From positions 259,835 through 323,834 of the forward strand of contig CASGDR010000001.1 of assembly GCA_949300345.1 (NCBI GenBank): a stretch of 64,000 bases of DNA. The letters run 5' to 3'. Both the position numbers and the translations under genes were made by a program. Position 1 is the first letter of the stretch; each line of letters opens with the position of its first letter. This document shows positions 31,782-41,424 of the stretch, piece after piece. The notes beneath the pieces are model-generated. The model saw nothing but the letters and a program-made list of their open reading frames with translations, searched no databases and was not told where the DNA came from. The stretch is from an uncultured bacterium (GTDB lineage Bacteria; Bacillota_I; Bacilli_A; RFN20; CAG-826).

Positions 31782-32984
31782 TCAATCTACTTTGACGAAA
31801 TGGTAGGCGAACTTGGAAGCCTTGAAGGTTCCGCCCTCGCACTTGATGCCGACCTCCCCTTCCACGAGGGGGCGGAGGTAGTTGCGGAAAGACTCCGACA
31901 TCCTGGTGTGGTCGATGAGCATTTCGCTTGGGATCATCCTCTCCCCGTTGGCGATGGCCCTGACATCGGAGAGGGCAAATTCGCTCTTATAGGGATCATT
32001 GTCGACGCGGATAATGGAAACCATCTTGCCGGATTCTCCTTTGAGAATCGACTTTACGGCAAACCTCGATAGGGCGATGGCCTCTTCGCGGTCAACCTTG
32101 GCAATGCAATGGGGATCGGCCCTCTGGGGCAAGGAGAGTTCCATGGTCCTGGTCGGGATATTGGCTTTTTCTTCGATGATGTCGGCAAGGGTAAAGGCCA
32201 CCCCTTCGAGGGAAGCATGGCCAAAGGCATCGACCTTGGTCTCGTCGCGGGGTACGTCGATGCCCTCGCTTACGGCCACGACGGCATAGCCCTTCTTCCA
32301 ATAGACTTCGGAGATCGTCTTCAGGAACTTATCCTCGTCGAACCCGTTTTCAGGCAAGAAGATGAGGTCGGGGCGATAGGGTTCGGGAAGCAGGTCGCTG
32401 GAAGCAGTCAGCCAGCCGGCATTGCGGCCCATGATTTCAAGGATGATGAGCTTGCCGTGGGGATAGCAAGACGCATCGATGACGGCCTGCTTGACGGTAT
32501 TCATGACGTGTTTGGCGGCCGAGGGATATCCGATGGAATGGTCGGTGCCCATCAGGTCGTTATCGACGGTCTTGGGGATGCCGATGACCCTACAATCGGT
32601 GCCCTTCTCCTCAAAGAGGCGATAGAGGCAAGCGCAGGTATCCATGGAATCATTCCCGCCGTTTACGAAGAGATAGCCGATATTGAACTTCTCGATGTTG
32701 GCTAGGATTTTTCGATATAACTCATCTTCGATGTCATCGGGCATCTTCTTTCTGGTCGTCCCCAAGACGGCACCCGGGGTCTGCACCAGAAGCTCGATCT
32801 GCTCGGGATCTTCCTTGCGGATATCGATGATCTCACCTTTGATAAGTCCTTCGATGCCGTAGCGGCTACCGTATATCTCCCCGATTTCCTCGTGGAGCAT
32901 GGCTTCCTTGATGGCTCCGTACAAAGACGAATTGATGACGGCGGTAGGTCCGCCCGATTGGATGTAAAGCAAGTTTTTCTTCAT
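31782..32984 (-). CDS. pfp: 6-phosphofructokinase, pyrophosphate-dependent type by motif signature
   Basis: Start taken at MKKNLLYIQSGGP, which has an AAGGGGAAAG RBS, instead of the ORF-track start at 33038. Motifs are GGNDS (Asp at the position equivalent to E. coli Gly104) and PKTVDND (Lys at the position equivalent to Gly124). Confidence 0.8.
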   Translation of the reverse strand: MKKNLLYIQSGGPTAVINSSLYGAIKEAMLHEEIGEIYGSRYGIEGLIKGEIIDIRKEDPEQIELLVQTPGAVLGTTRKKMPDDIEDELYRKILANIEKFNIGYLFVNGGNDSMDTCACLYRLFEEKGTDCRVIGIPKTVDNDLMGTDHSIGYPSAAKHVMNTVKQAVIDASCYPHGKLIILEIMGRNAGWLTASSDLLPEPYRPDLIFLPENGFDEDKFLKTISEVYWKKGYAVVAVSEGIDVPRDETKVDAFGHASLEGVAFTLADIIEEKANIPTRTMELSLPQRADPHCIAKVDREEAIALSRFAVKSILKGESGKMVSIIRVDNDPYKSEFALSDVRAIANGERMIPSEMLIDHTRMSESFRNYLRPLVEGEVGIKCEGGTFKASKFAYHFVKVD

Positions 32985-33350
32985 TTCTTTCCCCTTGGCT
33001 AGGCTAATTAAAACACTTGGAGATAGCCACCGCCACATAAGGAAGGAGGCAAGCCTTCATTTTGGAATATCTTTCATGGCGGTTTTCATGTGCCGTGCTA
33101 AGGGTTAAGGGACATGGAGGCAAACTCTTTAAACAAAACGACCGGGTTTCTTGTAGAGCCAGCCGCAGGCATATCCGCCAACATCTACTTGCTAAGGTCC
33201 CATCTTCTTCTAGGCAAAAGGTTCGATATCAGGACCCATGGCTTTGTTTTCTCCATAAAGAAGGAAAGGGGAGGGTTTACAAAGATGGCCTTGAAAGCCC
33301 TTACATTTTTTTATAAGGTGATGGGCTACGAAAGAATAAGGAGGAATATC

Positions 33351-34994
33351 ATGGCGTTCAAAGTGACACTAAATGGCAAGCAAACCCAGTTTGAAAAGAA
33401 GGTATCCTTGCTATCCCTTTTGCCCCCTTGGCCCCATGACTACATCGCCGTCAGGGTCAATAACCGGGTCCGGGAACTCAACTATGAGGTCTATTATGAC
33501 TGCGACATCGAATTTTTGACCCTGAAGGACCATGACGCCAACAAGATCTACGAAGCCACGCTCCGCTTCATCGTGGCCATGGCCTTCCATAACATCTATC
33601 CCGATCTGAAGATCCGCTTTTCCTATGACGTCTCCCGCTGCATCAAGATCAATCTGCTCGATCCCAAGTACAAGGCCGACGTGGCGATGCTCTTACGCAT
33701 CAACCACGAAGTTGAAAGGATCATCGAGGAAGACTATCCCCTGAAGCGCTTCGTGGTCTCCAACGAAGAGGCGGCCGCGGTCTATGAAAAGCTCGGCTAC
33801 AAGGACAAGCTCGAGATCTTGCCCTACCGCCCCGAGAAGACGGTCCACCTCTATGACTGCAACGGCTATGTAGACTATGTCTATAGCCACATGCTGCCTT
33901 CCACCAAGTACCTGCGCGAATACAAGATCCGCCTGTATTCCCCGGGCTTCCTCATCCAATATCCCCGTCCCGACAATGACGGCAAGATTCCTGAATTCGA
34001 GGATGCCCCGACCTTCAATAGGGTCCTCAAGGAATCCCATGACTGGGCCAAGATCGTCGGCTCTTCCACCGTGGCCGGCATCAACCACATGATCGAAACC
34101 GCCGGGCCCATCGAATTCATCAACCTCTGCGAAGCCAGGCATAACCGGATGCTATGCGAACTCGGGCAGCTCATCGAAGACGATAGGGAAGATATCCGCC
34201 TCATCTGCGTGGCCGGGCCTTCCTCTTCGGGCAAGACCACCTTTGCCAACCGCCTGAGGATCGAACTGCTCAGCCGCGGTATCCGTCCCATCCGCATCTC
34301 CCTTGACGACTATTACAAAAACAAAGGGGAAGCTCCCCTTGACGAGGACGGAAAACCCGACCTCGAATCCATCGAGGCCCTCGATATCGACCTTTTCAAC
34401 CAGCACATGGTCGCCCTCATCAACGGGGAAGATGTCCAATTGCCCCGCTTCGACTTCCATCTTGGCAAAAGGGTGCCGGGCAGGTTGCTAAAAGTCGGAC
34501 CCACCGAGCCCATCATCATCGAAGGCATCCACGCCCTGAACGACCGGATGACCAGTTCCATCCCCAAGTCCAACAAGTTCAAGATCTTCATCTCGCCCCA
34601 AGCCCAGATCAACCTCGATGACCATACCCCGATGTCCATCACCAATTTGCGTTTGATCAGGCGCATCGTCAGGGACAAGAAGTTCCGCAATGCCTCGGCC
34701 GAAGAGACCCTCTCCATGTGGCCCAGCGTCAGGCGCGGGGAATTCAAATGGATCTATTCGACCCAGGAAGGCAGCGACTATGTCTACAATTCCATGCTTT
34801 CCTATGAACTTCCGGTCATGAAGAAATACGCGATGCCCCTGCTTGAGGCCATCGATAAGGAATCCCCCTACTTTCCGGCAGCCGAAAGGCTACTGAGGAT
34901 GCTCAAGTTCTTCATCGACATGGATGATGAGTGGATACCTTCGAACTCCTTGATGAGGGAATTCATCGGCGGCAGCTGCTACGCCGACGTATAA
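33351..34994 (+). CDS. TGS-domain / uridine-kinase (PRK family) fusion protein
   Basis: Start taken at MAFKVTLNGKQ, which has an AGGAGG RBS, rather than the ORF-track start at 33114. The N-terminus is a ThrRS-like TGS domain, and the P-loop is VAGPSSSGKTT followed by a udk-like core. Confidence 0.7.
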   Translation: MAFKVTLNGKQTQFEKKVSLLSLLPPWPHDYIAVRVNNRVRELNYEVYYDCDIEFLTLKDHDANKIYEATLRFIVAMAFHNIYPDLKIRFSYDVSRCIKINLLDPKYKADVAMLLRINHEVERIIEEDYPLKRFVVSNEEAAAVYEKLGYKDKLEILPYRPEKTVHLYDCNGYVDYVYSHMLPSTKYLREYKIRLYSPGFLIQYPRPDNDGKIPEFEDAPTFNRVLKESHDWAKIVGSSTVAGINHMIETAGPIEFINLCEARHNRMLCELGQLIEDDREDIRLICVAGPSSSGKTTFANRLRIELLSRGIRPIRISLDDYYKNKGEAPLDEDGKPDLESIEALDIDLFNQHMVALINGEDVQLPRFDFHLGKRVPGRLLKVGPTEPIIIEGIHALNDRMTSSIPKSNKFKIFISPQAQINLDDHTPMSITNLRLIRRIVRDKKFRNASAEETLSMWPSVRRGEFKWIYSTQEGSDYVYNSMLSYELPVMKKYAMPLLEAIDKESPYFPAAERLLRMLKFFIDMDDEWIPSNSLMREFIGGSCYADV

Positions 34995-34996
34995 GC

Positions 34997-36127
34997 CTAG
35001 CCTTCCTTCTTGGAAAACTTGCTGAATCTGGCCCGCGTGAGAGCGTAGGCCGTTTTCAGTTGCGGAAGATACATTTCCCTCATGGCCTTGTAGCGGGACA
35101 TTTCTTCCTCGCTGACCGAAGATAGGTAAATCGAAGAGAAGATCTTCTCGAGGCGGAAGAAGGATTCATATAGATTGAGCAAGGCCACAAGGTGGAAATA
35201 GTTCTTTCTGGAATAGATGAGAAGCGGCGAGCTATGCGCGATTTCCGAACTCATCTCATAGACCTTGGCGTATTCGTGCAGCCCGGCCGCCCGTTCGACC
35301 CCGTCGCGGAAGTTGAGCCGGAATTCCTCGAGGCTTTCGATATTGGGGATATCAAGCAGCCACCCGTATTCGATGTAGCGCTTCATGTCCTTGCTCTTGA
35401 GGTCGGCCTTCTTCATGCCTTCCTTTATTTCTAAGAAGCACTCGTCGGTCTTTTCCTTATCGCCAAGTCCGCCCCGGAAGGCCATGGCGTAGCGCAGGTG
35501 GCGGAGGTAGCTTTCCATCACCGGCTGGCCGTATTTGACCAAGACGGTGAGGATGCATTCGTTTTCATGCAGGGTCCTCCAGGTCGAAAAGGCCTCGGTC
35601 TCAAAGCCTTGGCTAAGAAGCAGCACGATGCACTTGCACATGGTGAAGGCCTTGTTCATGACATCCACCACAAGGGTGTTCTTGGGCTCGCCCTTCTTGT
35701 AGCGGGATAGCATCCCGAGGATGAAATTGAGATATAAGGCAATCGTGGATATTTCCGGATTATATTGGGAAACCAGTTTGGGATTTTGGAAGGAGAGGTG
35801 CTCGTTGGTGACGTATTTGTCCAAGGACATGCCGGCCAAGGCGCCCAGATACTGCTCGTTTTTGATGAGTTCCTTGGGATCGCTTCCGGGATGGGTGCCC
35901 TGATAGAAGGCATTTTCGTTGAAAAGATACAAGAGCAGCTGGACGTGGTTGATGGGGACCCCGGCCAGGGCTTTGTTGCCTTTGCAGAGTTCGACAAAGC
36001 CATCCAGGGCATGGCGATAGGCCTCATAGACGATGGGGGCGTCCTTTTCCTCGTCGAGCTTCAGGATGCTAGCAAGGCGCTTGACCCCATCGAGGCTCAT
36101 CAGATACGGCTTCGGGGCTTGCTCCAT
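34997..36127 (-). CDS. hypothetical cytoplasmic protein, third gene of the addB-addA operon
   Basis: 376 aa, predicted all-alpha, with no motif I recognise. Its start overlaps the addA stop. Confidence 0.5.
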   Translation of the reverse strand: MEQAPKPYLMSLDGVKRLASILKLDEEKDAPIVYEAYRHALDGFVELCKGNKALAGVPINHVQLLLYLFNENAFYQGTHPGSDPKELIKNEQYLGALAGMSLDKYVTNEHLSFQNPKLVSQYNPEISTIALYLNFILGMLSRYKKGEPKNTLVVDVMNKAFTMCKCIVLLLSQGFETEAFSTWRTLHENECILTVLVKYGQPVMESYLRHLRYAMAFRGGLGDKEKTDECFLEIKEGMKKADLKSKDMKRYIEYGWLLDIPNIESLEEFRLNFRDGVERAAGLHEYAKVYEMSSEIAHSSPLLIYSRKNYFHLVALLNLYESFFRLEKIFSSIYLSSVSEEEMSRYKAMREMYLPQLKTAYALTRARFSKFSKKEG

Positions 36128-36131
36128 GGGA

Positions 36132-39100
36132 TTACTCTACTACCTTATAGGTCGCTTGCGATAGGGAAACCAGATAGCCTTTGGTGGGTAAGCCAAAGGC
36201 CTTTTGGACATGGTCCATATAGGCCTTCACCTGGCGGATATAGCTTTCGTCATCGATGTTCTTGGCCTTGTAATCGATGATGTCGGCATGGTCTTCGTAG
36301 ACGGCAAGAAGGTCGATGATCCCCTCTTGGGAGCCCTCGCTGATGTAGTCGTATTCCTTATAGACCTTGGCCTTGGAAATGCCTATGAAGGGCTTTAGGG
36401 CAATGGCCTTTTCTATCTTCTCCTTCTCATGGGTGTCATCGATGAATCCGAGGTCGATATCATGGAAGTCGATGAGTTCCATGTAGCGGTGTAGCTTCCG
36501 CCCATAATAGAGGGCGCCTTGGTCATAGAAAAGGCTTTCCTTGCTGGGCCTCGCCTCTTTATCCACGAGGGGTTCGGGCTCGATTTTCCTGAAATCCATG
36601 GGGATTTTGTCAGGGATTTCATGCCTTTCCTCGTAAATGAGGCCATTGTCTTCAAGACTGGAAGGGGTCCAGTCATTGAATTGGCCAAGGGCCAGGAAAT
36701 CGCGGAAGGTATTGATCTTTGGCCTTACTTCCATGTCGTGGCGCCGCTTGTCGTTTCTTAAAAAGATGATGTCTTGCTCCGCCCTAGTGAGGGCCACATA
36801 TAGAAGCCTCATCCTTTCGTCCTTGGTCTCCTTCCGGCGCTTCTTGATGATGATAGAAGCCAAGGGGTTGGGGCAACCGGTAAGGCTCTTGAGGCAGATG
36901 CCCTCATTAAGGTCGACGAAATCTTCACCTGCATAATCGGCATTATTGAAGGCCTTTTCCAATTCGGTGAGATAGACGATGGGATATTCGAGTCCCTTGG
37001 ACTTATGGATGGAAGTGACGGTGACGGCATCGCCGGCTTCCTTGGTGGAGAAGTCCATGTTGTCGGCCTTGTATTTCTTGAGGTCTTCGATGTAGCTGGC
37101 CAAATCGTCAAAACGGTGGCCCAGCCTATCAAGGGAATCCGCCATATCCCCGATTCCATCCAGGACCGTCAATGACTGGCGCGTCTTCTTCTTTTTCAAT
37201 ATGCCCTCGTCTAGGTTATAGAAGTCCCTGATGAAGACATAGGCCGAGGAAACGGTGCCGTTAAGGACCTCGTCCATATGCTTTTTGGCATCCAGTATGA
37301 GTTTGTCCTGCTTGTAGGCTCCGCTAGTGACATCCTCATAGATCTTCTGGTCGCTTTCCATGTATAGGAAGGAGCGCTTGATGGAAACATAGGCGTGCCT
37401 GAGGGTAGTTTCCTTATGGTCCCTAAGCGAGGTATACATCTTGCAGATGCTGGTGACTAGCATGGCCTCGTCCATCTCCACGATGGGGGCATCGCCTTGG
37501 ACGAAACAGGGAATCCTCTTCTTCTCAAGGGCTCGTTTTATGGCGTTGAACCGCTCTTTGGTCGCCAAAAGGATGGCAAAATCCTTGGGCTGGCAGGGAC
37601 GGAACCTATTTTCCTTGCGGTCAAAGACGGGATAGCCCTCCTTCAGTTTTTCGATGATATCATTGGCAAGCCACTGGGCATAAGGATCGGGTCCGACATA
37701 GGATGATGAATCGATGATATATCCCTTGACCGAGGAGGTCTCGGAGTCAAGCCCCTTGTACATGGGGTTTCCGCAGGCGAGGCATTCAGAGCCATCGTAA
37801 TCGATACCCCCAAGCTCTTTGGACATGGCATTCAGGAAGAGGTTATTGATGGCTTCAAGGATTTCGGCCCGGGAACGGAAATTGTCCTTCAGGGTAATCA
37901 GATTGATGTTGTTTTTGCCCTCCTGGGCCTTTTCCTTCTTGTCGATGAAGAGGCTGACGTTGGCATTTCTAAAGGCATAGATGCATTGCTTGGCATCCCC
38001 TACCATGAAGCGGTTTTCGATGCCAAGGGCATCAAGGAAGGCCTCTTGGATATTGTTGGTGTCCTGGTATTCGTCCACCATGACATAGCGGTATTTCTTT
38101 CTGATCTCCCTAGCGACTTTATCTAGGGCCACGGCTTTCTTATCAAGGAGGGCGATATCGGCAAAATCATATAGTCCCGACCTAGCGGAGACCTCTTCCA
38201 TCCTTTTAAGCAATTCCTTGGCCATTTCGATGAGATAGGCCACATCCTGCTTGCCGGAAACCAAGGCTTCGCGGAAACTTTCGATGTTAGGGTAGGCCTT
38301 AAGGGCGTCCCTTGCGAATTTGTTGGCAGCCCCGAAGCGTTCCCAGAGGGACTTTTCATACTCGTCCAGATTCTTTAGCAGGGGGATCCTACCCGGATAT
38401 TCGCACTCAAAAAGCCCTTTGAGTCCGCCTTTGAGGGCGGAGTTGACGCCCTTCATGTAATCCTGCAGCTTCGCGGTGGTCTTGGGATTTTCTTCAATGG
38501 ATGAAAGGATTTCGTTTACCAGTTCGTCCATGAGGTCGATATTGGCTTTGATCTGGTTATAGTAGCTATCCTCTACCTCCTGCAGGTGCTTCTGCCCATA
38601 GGTCGTTTCCAAGGCTTGGTCCAGCCAGGCATCGCGGTCATAGGCATATTGGGCCTTGGCGAGAATGTCGAGCACCTTATCGGAGAGATACTCATCCCCT
38701 TTCATGCAGTAGCGGTAGACCATCGAAAGCCACTGGGGGTCCCCTTTGAGGTAGCGTTCTTCCTTCATCTTCTCGAGGACCTTCTTCTTCTCGAGGGAAA
38801 GGATTTTGTTTCCGTCGATGGCGATGCCGTCCCCCAGTCCCAATTCCACCCCATAGTTTTGGACCATCTGGTAGAACAAGGCGTCGAAGGTGCTGATGCA
38901 GCTCGACTCGATGTCGTCGGCCGCCTTTTGGCATAAGGGGGAGCCCACATCTTCCTTGAGCTTGCTATAGATGCGCTTCTTCATCTCCGAAGCCGCGTCA
39001 TTGGTAAAAGTGAGGATCAGGAACTCGGAAATCTTGGCCTTGCCGCTGGAAATGAGTTCCTTCACGCGTTCGGAAAGCACGGCCGTCTTGCCGCTTCCGG

Positions 39101-39173
39101 CCCCGGCCGCCACCAAATAGACGCCCGTATCGGCCTTGATGGCTAGCGTTTGATCAAACGTCCATTTCGGCAT
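36132..39173 (-). CDS. addA: ATP-dependent helicase/nuclease subunit A (UvrD-like helicase with a C-terminal PD-(D/E)xK nuclease domain)
   Basis: Start taken at MPKWTFDQTLAI, which has a GAGGAGG RBS. Walker A reads AGAGSGKT, UvrD motifs are present, and the nuclease domain is C-terminal. Confidence 0.85.
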   Translation of the reverse strand: MPKWTFDQTLAIKADTGVYLVAAGAGSGKTAVLSERVKELISSGKAKISEFLILTFTNDAASEMKKRIYSKLKEDVGSPLCQKAADDIESSCISTFDALFYQMVQNYGVELGLGDGIAIDGNKILSLEKKKVLEKMKEERYLKGDPQWLSMVYRYCMKGDEYLSDKVLDILAKAQYAYDRDAWLDQALETTYGQKHLQEVEDSYYNQIKANIDLMDELVNEILSSIEENPKTTAKLQDYMKGVNSALKGGLKGLFECEYPGRIPLLKNLDEYEKSLWERFGAANKFARDALKAYPNIESFREALVSGKQDVAYLIEMAKELLKRMEEVSARSGLYDFADIALLDKKAVALDKVAREIRKKYRYVMVDEYQDTNNIQEAFLDALGIENRFMVGDAKQCIYAFRNANVSLFIDKKEKAQEGKNNINLITLKDNFRSRAEILEAINNLFLNAMSKELGGIDYDGSECLACGNPMYKGLDSETSSVKGYIIDSSSYVGPDPYAQWLANDIIEKLKEGYPVFDRKENRFRPCQPKDFAILLATKERFNAIKRALEKKRIPCFVQGDAPIVEMDEAMLVTSICKMYTSLRDHKETTLRHAYVSIKRSFLYMESDQKIYEDVTSGAYKQDKLILDAKKHMDEVLNGTVSSAYVFIRDFYNLDEGILKKKKTRQSLTVLDGIGDMADSLDRLGHRFDDLASYIEDLKKYKADNMDFSTKEAGDAVTVTSIHKSKGLEYPIVYLTELEKAFNNADYAGEDFVDLNEGICLKSLTGCPNPLASIIIKKRRKETKDERMRLLYVALTRAEQDIIFLRNDKRRHDMEVRPKINTFRDFLALGQFNDWTPSSLEDNGLIYEERHEIPDKIPMDFRKIEPEPLVDKEARPSKESLFYDQGALYYGRKLHRYMELIDFHDIDLGFIDDTHEKEKIEKAIALKPFIGISKAKVYKEYDYISEGSQEGIIDLLAVYEDHADIIDYKAKNIDDESYIRQVKAYMDHVQKAFGLPTKGYLVSLSQATYKVVE

Positions 39174-41424
39174 CGGTTTCCTCCTCATTATCCTGTTTGG
39201 GCCCCTCATAGCTGATCCAGGAGAAATCGCGGTAGCAGACATCCCTAAAGGGACAGTTTTGGCAGGAATGCACCCCTAGATAGACATAGGGTTTTATGGG
39301 GAACTCGCTATTGATGATTTTGTCCGCCATATCCCTGACAAATAGTCCGGCTTGCTCGGCCAAGGAGGCGTACTTGGTGTCCTTGTCTTCGTCTTTGGCA
39401 ACGCTGATTGCCTGGGTCTTAAGCTCTTTTTTGATGGCTGGGAGTTTCTTCTCGATCCAGCCTTCCTTTCCGTCATTGGTAACCGCGGTTGCGGCGGGAA
39501 GGACCTTCTTGTAGCCCACTTCCTCGGCAATATAGCCCCGTAGGTCCTCTTCTTTGCCTAGGGCATATAGGTAAAGGGGCAGCTGCAGGTTCAGTCCCTT
39601 CCCCTTGAAGAGATCCTCATCGAATTTGTGGGGGCTGCTCTTGTAGTCATAGACGGCATAGCAGGGCCCCTTTTCCCCTTGGTATTTGATGAGCTTATCG
39701 ATCCGCCCGGTGAGCATGTCCCCCTGATCGGTGATCTGCAGATTGAATTTCCTTTCCGAGTCCACCTCGATCACATTCGGCTTGTTGTCCAAATCCAGAC
39801 AGTCTTGCACGATGGTGGGCAAAAGGTCGTTTATTTTCGTTAGGAGCGCTTTTTCCTTGGCCTCGAACGGACCGTTGAGGCCCTCGACCTTTTCATAGGA
39901 GTGCCGTTTGGCCTTTTCGAGGTCGAAATCCGCATCGTGGATATGCTCGAGTATGAAGTGGAGGTAGTTGCCATACTTCTTCGCCGAATTGCCCTCGAAG
40001 TCATCAAGGCGGAGGATCGAGCTGCAATAGAAGTAAAAGGGGCAAAGGGCATAGTTTTTCAAGGAAGAAAAGGAAAATTCATGCTGGCTCTTGGGCCTAA
40101 CTAGGCCGGTAAAGTGATAAGGGAAGGACCCATGGAAGATATTCCTCGCCCTTTTTAGATCGCCAAGACGGCCATCTTGTTTCTTGGTCCTATCGAATTC
40201 ATCCTGAAGCAGGGCCTGCAGCAAGCCGTTCTTGCTATGGGAATACTCATAGTTGAGGATGGGGTCCGGGGTGATTTTTGCGCCGATGGAGGCGATGAGG
40301 AAGGAAGGCTCGGTTTTGTCCTTCCCGTTGGTCCTTGAATAGGTAACGAAGGCCACTTTGGCAGAGGTCAACACTCCCCTAGCCTCGTTTACTTGGTTGA
40401 GATTTTCTTCCTCAAGGCTAGGTAGCCCAAGGATCTTGAGGTTTTCCTCATCGATGATCTGATTGGCCCCTTGGGACTTGGGGAAGGACCCGAGGTTGGC
40501 GCTACACAAGATGATGGTCTTGTTGGGGGCTGGAATACCGACATCCTGGAAAGTCACCCCGTCATTATCGATGGGGACATAGACATCGATGCCATGGGAG
40601 GCCTCATTATAGAGTTCCTTCCTCCTTGCTAGGTCCAAACCTTCGAAGCAAGCTACCAGAAGGGCGATGACGCGGACGGTATTTCCTGTCAGGTCTTTGG
40701 AAGATAGGTCCTTGAGCGTTTCCTTATCATCGCTATCGATGAGGGACATGAACTCGGCAAAAAGGGGCATTTGATAAAGCGGGATGGTCCTTTGCTTGAA
40801 CCTGAATCCGTAATCAGGAGAGAGCCTAAGAAGGATATCCCTCAGCCGGTCATTGGCCCCATAGACCACGATATCCTTACCCGGCGTCCCCTCTTCGATC
40901 AGGCGGGCGATGCGGTTGAGGACATAGAAGGCCTCATACATCGGCTCCTCGAAGCTATAGACCTCGGGAACCTTGCTAGTTAGCTTTTCCCCCACTTGTA
41001 TGAAGTCTTCCCTGCCTAGGGCAGCCATCAAGGGTTTGAGGCGGAATGTATCATAAAAACCGCAAAAATAGATGGGTTTTGCGTCGAAAAGGCGCTCAGG
41101 ATGGGGTTCTATATAGAAATAACCAAGTTCGAGGAGCTTGTCCTTGATATCGTTTAGATAGGCGCAATCCCCCACGAATTTTTCCTTGCCATAAGAGAAA
41201 CTGAGATTGCTTAGGATCTTCGTGGCCTTTAGATATGGATAGCCTTCCTTAAGCAAATGGTTGATGGCCCTAGTATCATAGCCATAGCAAAACAGTTCGT
41301 TCGCGTCGAAGATGCCATAGACCTTCAGCTGGGAATAAGGGTCCTTTCCCTTAAGGGCGAGGGCCTCCCGCTTGTAGTTCTGCGGCACGATTAGAATTCC
41401 ATCTTTGAGCTCTTCTATCTTCAA
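39154..41424 (-). CDS. addB: helicase/nuclease subunit B (AddB-type with a C-terminal Fe-S cysteine cluster), short form
   Basis: 756 aa. The C-terminal RecB-like nuclease region carries CQNCPFRDVC (CxxCx5C). No N-terminal Walker A was seen. Confidence 0.75.
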   Translation of the reverse strand: MKIEELKDGILIVPQNYKREALALKGKDPYSQLKVYGIFDANELFCYGYDTRAINHLLKEGYPYLKATKILSNLSFSYGKEKFVGDCAYLNDIKDKLLELGYFYIEPHPERLFDAKPIYFCGFYDTFRLKPLMAALGREDFIQVGEKLTSKVPEVYSFEEPMYEAFYVLNRIARLIEEGTPGKDIVVYGANDRLRDILLRLSPDYGFRFKQRTIPLYQMPLFAEFMSLIDSDDKETLKDLSSKDLTGNTVRVIALLVACFEGLDLARRKELYNEASHGIDVYVPIDNDGVTFQDVGIPAPNKTIILCSANLGSFPKSQGANQIIDEENLKILGLPSLEEENLNQVNEARGVLTSAKVAFVTYSRTNGKDKTEPSFLIASIGAKITPDPILNYEYSHSKNGLLQALLQDEFDRTKKQDGRLGDLKRARNIFHGSFPYHFTGLVRPKSQHEFSFSSLKNYALCPFYFYCSSILRLDDFEGNSAKKYGNYLHFILEHIHDADFDLEKAKRHSYEKVEGLNGPFEAKEKALLTKINDLLPTIVQDCLDLDNKPNVIEVDSERKFNLQITDQGDMLTGRIDKLIKYQGEKGPCYAVYDYKSSPHKFDEDLFKGKGLNLQLPLYLYALGKEEDLRGYIAEEVGYKKVLPAATAVTNDGKEGWIEKKLPAIKKELKTQAISVAKDEDKDTKYASLAEQAGLFVRDMADKIINSEFPIKPYVYLGVHSCQNCPFRDVCYRDFSWISYEGPKQDNEEETDAEMDV

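Noticed and set aside
32985-33038. ORF-track N-terminal extensions: pfp start at 33038, glmS start at 63429, addA start at 39242, atpC start at 23979, NERD start at 56334
   Set aside because: In each case an internal Met with a good Shine-Dalgarno sequence coincides with the conserved family N-terminus. The extensions would overlap upstream genes.
33114-33350. 80-aa N-terminal extension of the TGS-uridine kinase ORF given by the ORF track
   Set aside because: A strong AGGAGG RBS and a canonical TGS-domain start (MAFKVTLNG) lie at 33351. The upstream in-frame segment has no homology signal.
34997-36127. Considered calling the 376-aa addA-downstream protein an Abi/HEPN or PD-(D/E)xK defence protein
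   Set aside because: No Rx4-6H or D...ExK motif is convincingly present, so I kept it as a hypothetical protein.
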